From positions 5,518,001-5,582,000 of the forward strand of contig CM059432.1 in NCBI GenBank assembly GCA_030390025.1: a DNA stretch of 64,000 nucleotides. Direction: 5' to 3'. Position 1 is the first letter of the stretch. Every line of letters starts with the position of its first letter. A program made the translations under genes and the position numbers. The DNA is from Squalus acanthias (Eukaryota). Below are positions 37,276 to 47,310 of this stretch, one piece after another. The notes under the pieces were generated by a model. The model saw only the letters and a list, made by a program, of their open reading frames with translations. It was not told where the DNA came from and did not search any database.

Positions 37276-39196
37276 CCATAACAAACTGACATACCCCACA
37301 ATAATTGCCCTATCGTTGTTTTATCCACACATGAAATTCAATAACATGACACATTAGCAAAGGACACTTCAGTGCAGTGTTGAGAGAGTGCTGCATTGCC
37401 TTTCGGATGAGACGTTAAACCAAGGCCCTGTCTGCCTGTTCAGATTGACACGAAAGATCCCAAAGCACTATCCAAAGAGCAGGAAGTTCTCCTGGTGTCC
37501 TGATCAATGCCACTAAACTGATTAACTGGCAATTGCTGTTTGCGGGATCTTGCTGTACACACGTTGGCTGCTGTGTGTGCGCCTACATAAACAGTGGCTC
37601 CACTTTAATGTAATACATGGGTTGGAATGCACTTTGGGAAGTCCTGAGGTCGTGAAAGAAACTATATAAATCAAAGTTCTCGTCTCGATTCTGCATTTCA
37701 ACAAAGAATTGAAGAAACTATTGATATGCTGATAAAGTCATCTGTAAGCCCATTATCTTTTTTTTTTATTCGCTTATGGGATCTGGGCGTCACTGGCAAG
37801 GCCAGCATTTATTGCCCATCCCTAATTGCCCTTGAGAAGGTGGTGGTGTGCCACCTTCTTGAACCGCTGCAGTCCGTGTGGTGAAGGTACACAGCGCTGT
37901 TAGGGAGGGAGTTCCAGGATTTTGACCCAGCGACGATGAAGGATCAGCGATATACTTCTCAGTCAGGATGGTGTGCGTGACTGGGAGGGGAATTTGGAGG
38001 TGGTGGTGTTCCCATGCGCCTGCTGCCCTTGTCCTTCTAGGTGGAAGAGGTCGTGGGTTTGGGAGGTGCTGCCGAAGAAGCCTTGGCGAGTTGCTGCAGT
38101 GCATCTTGTAGATGGTACACACTGCAGCCACGGTGCGCCGGTGGTGGAGGGAGTGAATGTTTAAGGTGGTGGATGGGGTGCCAATCAAGCGGGCTGCTTT
38201 GTCCTGGATTGTGTCGAGCTTCTTGAGTGTTGTTGGAGCTGCACTCATCCAGGCAAGTGGAGAGTATTCCATCACACTCCTTACTTATGCCTTGTAGATG
38301 GTGGAAAGGCTTTGGGGAGTCAGGAGGTGAGACACTCGTCGCAGAATACCCAGCCTCTGACCTGCTCTAATACTATACAGAGCATTAAACTACTCAGTCT
38401 ACATTTTAGCATCTGACAGAAGCAGCTTGTAGCTGAGGCACCTTCCAGGGTTAAGACTTCAAAATATAGCTTGCAGGCAGAACTGAAAAATGTTACATTA
38501 CTTTATTAAAAAATCCATTTTAAACCATCGAAAGTTACACAATTCTCGTGAGAAGATCCTCACAGAAAGAAAAACTTGCATTTATATAGCGCCTTTCATA
38601 ACCTCAGGATGTCCTAAAGCACTTTACAGCCAATGAAGTTATATTTGAAGTGGAGTCACTGTTGTAATGTGGGAAACGCGGCAGCCAATTTGCGCACAGC
38701 AAGCTCCCACAAACAGCAATGTGATATTGACCAGATAATCTGTTTTAGTGATGTTGATTGAGGGATTAATATTGGCCAGGACACCGAGGATAACTCCCCT
38801 GCTGTTCTTCAAAATAGTGGCCCTGGGATCTTTTACATCCACCTGAGGGGGCAGACGGGGCCTCAGTTTATCGTCTCCTCCGAAAGACGGCACCTCCGAC
38901 AGTGCAGCACTCCCTCAGCACTGCACTGGGAGTGTCAGCCTAGATTTTTTTGTGCTCAAGTCTCTGGACTGGGACTTGAACCCACAACCTTCTGACTCAG
39001 AGGCGAGGGTGCTACCAACTGTGGAGAGGTTTAGGGAGGGAATTCCAGAGCTTAGGGCCTCGGCAGCTGAAGGCACGGCCACCAATGGTGGAGCGATTAA
39101 AATCGGGGATGCTCAAGAGACGAGAACTGGAAGAGGGCCGAGATCTGAGGGTTGTAGGGCTGGTTACAGAGACAGGGAGGTGTGAGGCCATGGAGT

Positions 39197-39363
39197 CAAT
39201 GTTCCCTTTAATTTTTTTTGGGTGGTGCACGGCCCCTTTAAGGGATTGCGCAGCCCATGCAAAATATTGCGCATGCGCGGTTTTACCGATTTAAAAGCCG
39301 GTGAGCCGGCTGCGCGGGAGCATGCAGTGCGCTGCGCGGCCGCGCAGCTTAAAGCAAACATTG
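39197..39363. mobile_element. hAT-type MITE
   Basis: Ends CAATGTTCCCTTTAA / TTAAAGCAAACATTG with TSD CATGGAGT / CATGGAGA (7 of 8 match). Confidence 0.8.
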
Positions 39364-39600
39364 CATGGAGAGAACTGAAAAGAAGGATGGGAGTTTAAAA
39401 AATCGAACAAGCCGAGTCCAGGCACCTCCTCACAGGAAGGGGAGGGTAAACGAACAAGCCAGTCACCGGGGACTGTTAGTGCAACTCCTGAGAGTTGCAG
39501 CAATAGCAGTGCCGGCTTCCCACACGATACCATGGGACACAGAAGGCAAAGTGAAACAAAATACAGAAAATGTAACATACTCATGAAACTGTCTCAACAG

Positions 39601-39753
39601 GTATCAACATATATGCTGTTGGGGTTGGCAAGGCGATTGAAGAAGAATTACAACAAATTGCTTCATTTCCACAAGACGAACACTTGTATTACGCAAAGGA
39701 CTTCAGGACCATGGGCGAAATTGCTGAAAAACTGAAAGCACAGATTTGCAAAG
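39601..39753 (+). CDS. MATN2: Matrilin-2 coding exon 7, vWA2 C-terminal part
   Basis: tcaacag acceptor and G|GTACTT donor; 153 nt. [51 protein letters not shown]. Confidence 0.93.
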
Positions 39754-39951
39754 GTACTTCGAGTAACATGCACTGTAATCCCTGCTGGAATTCATACAAG
39801 TAACATCAGGACTTGAAAAGCATAATTCCTGCCGCAGGCAAAGTGGGAAGAACATTAGAGGGAGTACGAACCGTGTCTCTAATCAGCTGGAGTCTAGCAA
39901 GTAACTCTTTATCCATTTACATTCGCTTTTGTTCTTTCCGATGAACAGAAT

Positions 39952-40591
39952 GGGCCTGAATTTGCGGTCGGAGGCAGATGCCTCTGAACCGCAATAAATC
40001 TACGCACTTACCCAATGGTCCCTGATCCACGGAGACTCGCGCTCCTGGGCCTCTACGCCCAACCAATCAGAGAGAGGGATTCCCATTATGCTTATGGGAG
40101 ATTCCATTTACGCACGGAATCCCCATAAGCATATTAGGAATCCCCTAAAAAAACATGTACACAACATTGAAATAAAGAAAAATCATTACATGTTTAAAAT
40201 GAATTGAAATACAATTTAATTAAACATTTAAAACAAAAATTTATAAAATAAATGTAAACATTTTTCAAGGGGCCAAAAATAACACAAACTTATTTTACAG
40301 GTTTTTGAATTTTGGAAGTGATTTAAAACATTTAATTTTAATATTTATTTTCACCCTTACGCTGGTAAACGAAGGCCCGACGCCTGCTTTTACCAGGCGT
40401 AAGAGTTTCACGGGCACTCGCTGGGCAAGAGTTGGGCAAATCTCTCGGCCAGCGGATGTCCATTTCCCGGGGATGCGGAGGATCTGCCGAGAAGATTCTT
40501 GACAGGATGCAAGCTCTGGGTTTTCGCGCATGCCTGAAACCCAGAACCTGCGAGGTGCGTACGCGGTCCTAGGCCCCGGGAAATCCGGGTC
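39952..40591. mobile_element. Harbinger-type MITE
   Basis: Begins GGGCCTGAATTTGCGGTCGGAGGC and ends AAATCCGGGTC. It is related to 29571-30336 and to about 60417-60960. Confidence 0.6.
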
Positions 40592-41623
40592 TATGTGTTT
40601 CTGTTGTAATTGGTTGTAAATTTAAGGTTTAAAAAATAAACCTGGAAGGGAGAGGAATTTGCAGTTTAAAGTCGTGGTGAGAATGTGGTACCAGCTGCCA
40701 CATGGAATGGTTGAAGCAGACAGCATTGATGCACTGGGGTGATTTGATAGAGATTATGACAGGTTTGGATAGGCTAGATGGGGAAAGGCTGTTCCCACTA
40801 GTTGATGGTACAAGGACTAGGGGATACAGATTTAAGGTTTTGGGCAAGAGATACAGGGGGGGACATGAGGAAAAACTTTTTTACGCAGCGAGTGGTGAGG
40901 ACCTGGAACTCGCTGCCGACGGAAGTGGTGGAAGCGGAGACACTCGATGTTTTCAAGGGGAGACTGGATAGGCACTTGAGGGAAATAAATTTGCAGGGCT
41001 ACGGGGATAGAGCGGGGGAGTGGGACTGACTGGATTGCTCTACAGAGAGCCAGCATGGACTCGATGGGCCAAATGGCCTCCTTCTGTGCCGTCATGACTC
41101 TATGGCTTAAGCAGGGGTTTGATGCATACATGAGGGAGCAGGGAATAGAGGGATACAGAGGCGGGATTGGAAGAGGTAATTAGAGTGGGAGGAGACTAGC
41201 GTGGAGCATCAACGCCGGCATAGACCAGCTGGGCTGAATGGTCCTGTTTCCATGCTTCAGATTCTATGTAATTGGAGGAAGGAAGTGTTTAGCCCTGATG
41301 GTCCGGCCATCGTGGTGTGGGGCAGGCTTGATGGACCGACTGGTCTTTTCCTGCCCGCCCATCAATTTCTCATGTAATTCCACGTATATGAAATTCTACG
41401 ACAAGTACGGCTTGGGTCAGTGAAAGGCGAAAGGAAATGTGGCCGGAACTTCCCAATCTCAGCAGGGCATAGAAAGCAGAGCCAATGAAAAGGACAACTG
41501 GGCAAAGGTGTATAACGGGCGGTTGATCCGTCACCGCTTGATTTCTGCCCCTGCAGAAGTTGCAAGATCCGCCCGATGAACCATCTACACACGAGCTAAT
41601 ACACGTATATTAATTGTTTACAG

Positions 41624-41716
41624 GAAATCCGTCACTTGGGGATCAATGCAAGTGTGAAGCAGTTGTGTCATTCCAGATTCATGCTGATGAAGAAATACAA
41701 AGATTAACCCATAAAT
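41624..41716 (+). CDS. MATN2: Matrilin-2 coding exon 8, CxC motif and start of the coiled coil
   Basis: tttacag acceptor. It encodes GNPSLGDQCKCEAVVSFQIHADEEIQRLTHK and ends at the U12 donor ATATCCTTT. Confidence 0.9.
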
Positions 41717-42437
41717 ATATCCTTTCGATGTATCGTGCAACAGTATTTGGTTGATTTTCGATTTTCTTCTCCGCCGCAGTGAAATACAATCACTTATATT
41801 TATTCTGCATGTACAGATTTCTTTCAAATTGTTTTATAGACATTTTGGTCGCAACGGGCATCACAGTAGAGGAACAGAGGGACCTTGGTGTGCATGTCCA
41901 CAGATCCCTGAAGGTAGCAGGACAGGTAGATAAGGTGGTTAAGACGGCATACAGGATACTTGCCTTTATTAGCCGAGGCATAGAATATAAGAGCAGGGGG
42001 GTTATGCTTGAACTGTACAAAACACTAGTTCGGCCACAGCTTGAGTACTGTGTGCAGTTCTGGTCACCACATTACAGGAAGGATGTGATTGCACTAGAGG
42101 GGGTACAGAGGAGATTTACGAGGATGTTGCCAGGACTGGGGAATTTTAGCTATGAGGAAAGATTGGATAGGCTGGGGCTGTTTTCTTTGGAACAGAGGAG
42201 GCTGAGGGGAGATTTAATTGAGGTGCATAAAATTATGAGGGACCTAGATAGAGTGGGTAGGAAGGACCTATTTCCCTTAGCAGAGAGGCCAATAACCAGG
42301 GGGCATAGATTTAAAGTAATTGGTAGAAGGATTAGAGGGGAGTTGAGGAGAATATTTTTCACTCAGAGGGTGGTGGGGGTCTGGAACTCACTGCCTGAAA
42401 GGGTGGTAGAGGCAGAAACCCTCATCACATTTAAGTA

Positions 42438-42966
42438 TGATGCGGAGATGCCGGCGTTGGACTAGGGTGGACAAAAATGAGAAGTCGCACAACACCAGGT
42501 TATAGTCCAACAGATTTATTTAAAATTACAAGCTTTCGGAGCTGTCGCCCCTTCGTCAGGCAAAGTTACTGTGAGAGAATCTATCAGAATTCACAGAATA
42601 TAAAAACACAGAGAAAATGCATAGATTAAATCTTTCCCTACATCAAAGACACACTAAGAGCACAGCCAAGACAATGAGATGTGTCCCAGGGGGGTCCAAC
42701 GCGTCAGAACACCTGCTGGCTGCATATCCTCTCCATTTTTTGTGTTTGTTTCTTGTGGTTTTTTTTAAAAAACTGGAACGACCGGCAACGATGTCAAGTC
42801 ACGTTCTATAGCATGACATGAACCCGATATCCCGATTGAGGCCGTCCTCATGAGTGCGGAACTTGGCTATCAGTTTCTGCTCGATGATTTTGCGTTGTCG
42901 TGTATCACGAAGGCCGCCTTGGAGAACGCTAACCCGCAGATCCGAGGCTGAATGTCCTTGACTGCT
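42438..42966 (-). mobile_element. Short Penelope-like element (family B), 5'-truncated
   Basis: The reverse complement matches the GIY-YIG C-terminus (..EQKLIAKFRTHEDGLNRD..) and the terminal ~130 nt of 50842-52067. A TSD TTTAAGTA lies at 42430-42437 and 42967-42974. Confidence 0.88.
42526..42563 (-). ncRNA. Minimal hammerhead ribozyme core
   Basis: The - strand reads TTGC CTGACGA A GGGGC-GACA-GCTCC GAAA GCTT GTAA. Confidence 0.8.
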
Positions 42967-44033
42967 TTTAAGTAAGTAGTACTTGGATATGCACTTGAAG
43001 TGCCGTAACCTCCAGGGCCACGGACCAAGAGCTGGAAAGTGGAATTAGGCTGGACAGCTCTTTGTCGGCCGGCACGGACAAGATGGGCCGAATGGCCTCC
43101 TTCTGCGCTGTGAACTTCTATGATTCTATGAACTGCTCCATTAAAATGAATCAATGTATTCCTCAATCTATCCGGTGATTTCTATAACATGTATTTAAAA
43201 TTCATCTGAGCAACAGGTTCATACAAACTTGATGGTGTAGGAAAAGACCTGCTGGCCCATCAAGCCTGCCCCACACCATGGCTGGAGCATTGTGACCAGA
43301 CACTTCATACCTTCCCCCCGCCCCATTAATTAAATTTTACACCATCCAAATGCAACCTACCCCACCAGCCCAGTTCCCAGCTGAGGGTATTTTCGATCTG
43401 TTCTCAGACCTGTGCCAATAGTAGGTATGTGTGGTAATGCATAATAAAAACTGTCCAATGTAGAATCATAGAACGATTACAGCACAGGAGGAGGCCACTC
43501 GGCCCGTCGAGCCCGTGCCGGCTCTCTGCAAGAGCACTTCAGCTAGTCCCACTCCCCCCCCCTTTCCCCGCAGCCCTGCAAATTTATTTCCTTCAAGTAC
43601 TTATCCAACTCCCTTTTGAAAGCCACGATTGAATCTGCCTCCACCACCCTCGCAGGCGGTGCATTCCAGATCATAATCACTCGCTGCGTAAAAAAGTTTT
43701 TCCTGATGTTGCCTTTGGTTCTTCTGTCGATCACCTTAAATCTGTCTCCTCTGGTTCTCGACCCTTCCACCAATGGGAACAGTTTCTCTCCATCTACTCT
43801 GTCCAGACCCCTCAGAATTTTGAACACCTCATGTAGGGGGAAACGGTATGATTCCTGGGATGAGGGCTGTCCTGTGAGGAGAAATGGAGTAGAATGGGCA
43901 GACATTGTTTAGAAGAATGAGAGGTGATCTCATTGAAATGTGTAAAATTCTTAGAGGGCGTGACAGGGTAGATGCTGAGATATTGTTTCCCATGGATGGA
44001 GTGTCTAGTCATAGTTTCAGGATAAGGGGTTAC

Positions 44034-44465
44034 ATAGAAACATAGAAACATAGAATCTAGGAGCAGGAGTAGGCCATTCGGCCCGTCGAGCCTGCTCCAC
44101 CATTCAATACGATCATGGCTGATCATCCAAATCCAGCACCCTGTCCCTGCTTTAATCCCCACAGTACACATATCCCACCCTACCCCCGTAACCCCACGTA
44201 TTTAATTCCCCCTAACATATCCCATCCTATCCCCATAACCCCACATATTTAATCCCCCCCTAACACTAAGGGTCAATTTTATCATAGCCAAATCAACCTA
44301 ACCCGCACATTTTTGGACTGTGGGAGGAAACCGGAGCACCCGGAGGAAACCCACGCAGACACGGGGAGAATGTGCAAACTCCACACAGACAGTCACCCGA
44401 GGTCAGATTCGAACCCGGGTCCCTGGTGCTGTGAGGCACCAGTGCTAACCACTATGCCACCGTGT
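44034..44465 (-). mobile_element. HE1-like V-SINE
   Basis: tRNA head (GGTTCGAATC), V-domain GTGTGGAGTTTGCACATTCTCCCCGTGTCTGCGTGGGTTTCCTCCGGGTGCTCCGGTTTCCTCCCACAGTCC and a CR1-type tail. Confidence 0.8.
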
Positions 44466-44929
44466 TGGCCATTTAGGACTGAGATGAGAGAAATTTCTTC
44501 ACTGAGGGTTGTGAATCTTTGGAATTCTCTACCACAGAGGGCTGTGGATGCTCAGTCATTGAGTGTATTCAAGACTGAGATAGATAGATTTTTGGACTCT
44601 AGGGGAATCATGGGCTATGGGGATCGGGCGGGAAAGTGGAGTTGAGGTCGAAGATCAGCCATGATCTTATTGAATGGCGGAGCAGGCTCGAGGGGCCGTA
44701 TGCTACTTCTTATGTTCTTATGAATCCACAGCAACATTAACTTTCTATTTACCCGTTTAACTACAATCGAGATCAAAACATGGCCTCAAATGTAGAAATT
44801 TAAATGCGTTTGCTAACCCTGAAATTGTTGAAGCAATTTATACAAGTCCACTGTATTTGATCATTGCAGATAAAAAAGGTAACCAGCAAGTGTCAGCATT
44901 TTAACTTTGAGTTCCTTAACTAGAACCAC

Positions 44930-44985
44930 TGGATGAAGTGATGAACAGGCTGAAGATTGTGGAGAACTATTTCAAAGCCAAGTAG
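44930..44985 (+). CDS. MATN2: Matrilin-2 last coding exon, end of the coiled coil
   Basis: Follows the AC acceptor and encodes (L)DEVMNRLKIVENYFKAK* with TAG at 44983-44985. It resembles the matrilin C-terminal heptad segment. Confidence 0.9.
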
Positions 44986-45266
44986 ACACAGCAAAATGAA
45001 TACATTTGCCCTTTTCCACTGTAAATGAAGACTGTAGTTTGATGCAATGTGTTATGTCTCCTAATCAGGTAACCAAACACTGTCATTATACATATTTTAT
45101 GGTTGCAAAGGTAATTACGTCAAACCGGCAAAGGAAAAATGATATTACTGCCTCTATTACCCACCTTTGTGAAACAAATTGTACATGGAGTTTTTTTTAC
45201 ATTCATATGCCACATTAGCAAGTCGACAACTTATATACTTTTAACAAGTTAATCTCACACTGCTAT

Positions 45267-45272
45267 AATAAA
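45267..45272 (+). terminator. Candidate polyadenylation signal of MATN2
   Basis: First AATAAA after the stop codon, about 280 nt into an AT-rich 3' UTR. Confidence 0.55.
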
Positions 45273-45920
45273 AGTGCCTGAGAGTTCATACTTTAAGTTC
45301 AATATACCCAGTAAGAACTCACCCACTTCTAGTTCCATCACAGATCCTTTTAAGGGCAGGAAATGCTGGAAATACTCAGCAGGTCAGGCAGCACCTGTGG
45401 AGAGAGCAACAGAGTTAACGTTTCGGGTCGAACCGCCCAGTTCTGATTCCTGGGATGGCAGGACTGTCGTATGAGGAGAGATTGGGTCGACTCGGCCTGT
45501 ATTCACTAGAGTTTAGAAGAATGAGGGGGGGATCTCGTGGAAACGTATAAAATTGTGACAGGGCGAGACAGACTGGATGCAGGGAGGATGTTTCCCCTGG
45601 CTGGTGGGGCCTAGAACGAGGGGTCACAGTCTCAGGATACGGGGTAGGACATTTAGGACTGAGATGAGGAGAAATTTCTTCACCCAGCGAGTGGTGAACC
45701 TGTGGAATTCTCTACCACAGAAGGCTGTGGAGGCCAAGTCACTGAATATATTTAAGAAGGAGATAGATAGGTTTCTAGACACAAAAGGCATCAAGGGATA
45801 TGGGGAGAGAGCGGGAATATGGTATTGAGATAGAGGATCAGCCATGATCATATTGAATGGCGGAGCAGGCTCGAAGGGCCGAATGGCCGACTCCTGCTCC
45901 TATTTTTCCCTGTTTTCTAT

Positions 45921-45955
45921 GTTCTGACGAAAGGTCACCGACCTGAAACGTTAAC
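45921..45955 (+). ncRNA. Minimal hammerhead ribozyme core
   Basis: GTT CTGACGA A AGGTC-ACC-GACCT GAAA CGTT AAC. Confidence 0.8.
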
Positions 45956-46754
45956 TCTGTTTCTCTCTCTTCACGGATGCTGCTCGACCCACTGAGTGTT
46001 TCCAGCACTTTGTTTCCAGCTCAGATTTCCAGCATCCGCAGTATCGTGCTTTGGTACTAGCATTTTAAGGGGATGTTTTACAAAATATTTCATTTTTTGA
46101 AAACAAGCTATTGTAGCTCAGTGTACACTGCAACCTGTGTACTTTACGCATATTGCCATCATTCTGTTGCAAAAAACACTCAAAATTCGGGGGTGATTGT
46201 TGTCTGCTGCAGGAGACATTTCTTCTAATCATTTACCCCCCCCCCCACCCCCCACTGATGACCCTGTTTCCAAAAAGTGATTAAACATATGTACCGGTTT
46301 ATGTTTATATTAAGTTTAAGCAAATAAAAGCCAAAGAGGAAAAGCTGTCCAAATGCATTGAGTTTGTCTTGAATCCACTTTACAGCCTTTCTTCCCCACC
46401 CCCAAACAAACTAGCCAACAGAAGAGTTTGAAAACCCCAAACGAACATCCTTTCTTCTTCCCAGTTAAGAGAAAAATTGCTGTAAAATGATAACACAAAT
46501 GAAGTCACAGTTGTAATAAAGCTTTGCAACTCTCCCACAGCACAGAATAGTCCTCTTAGACCCCAGGTACTCAGTTCTGAATTGAAACATTAAGACGACT
46601 GAAGGTAGGTTTCCTCGCTGCAACCAAGCAGTATGTGGTCATACTAAAATTCTCTAATTAATTTAAAAAGTGAACTTTTCCAATTCTCCAAAGGTTAATT
46701 CACAGGAGTAGTGGATCGCCTATAAAGCTGCTGATCCACTGTTCTACGAGGCTG

Positions 46755-47310
46755 ATGTACTGGAGAGGTACCACCAACGCTGTCTCCATTGGCAGGATAG
46801 GCGCACCAACGTCAGTGTTCTCGCTCAGGCCAACAGCCCCAGCATCGAAGCTTTGACCTCGTGCGATCAGCTCCGATGGACGGGCCACATCGTCCGCATG
46901 CCCGATACGAGATTCCCAAAACAAGCGCTCTACTCGGAGCTCCGACACGGCAAGAGAGCCCCAGGTGGGCAGAGGAAACGCTTCAAGGACACCCTCAAAG
47001 CCTCCTTGAAAAAGTGCAAAATCCCCACCGACACCTGGGAATCCCTGGCCCAAGACCGCACAAAGTGGAGGAGAAGCATCCGGGAAGGCGCCGAACACCT
47101 CGAGTCTCTTCGCTGGGAGCAAGCGGAAGCCAAGCGGAAGCTGCTCATGTCAACCCAAGCACCTCACCCACCCGCCCCTTCAACCACCGTCTGCCCCACC
47201 TGTGACAGAGACTGTAGGTCCCGCATTGGACTCATCAGTCACCTGAGAACTCATTTTTAATGTGGAAGCAAGTCATCCTCGGTTCCGAGGGACTGCCTAA
47301 GAAGATGACC
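46755..47310 (+). mobile_element. RTE-clade LINE 3' fragment
   Basis: Near-identical to about 21700-22230. Confidence 0.9.

Larger units (their letters stand above)
41870..43130 (+). mobile_element. CR1 LINE 3' fragment interrupted by a Penelope-like insertion
   Basis: CR1 ORF 41779-42465 breaks at 42437. CR1 sequence resumes near 42967 and runs to the TTCTATG tail. Confidence 0.85.
41717..44929 (+). other. MATN2: U12-type (minor spliceosome) AT-AC intron
   Basis: 5' site ATATCCTTT at 41717, branch site TTCCTTAAC at 44912-44920, and 3' end CAC at 44927-44929. Splicing keeps the coiled-coil frame (HK-L-DEV). Confidence 0.93.
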
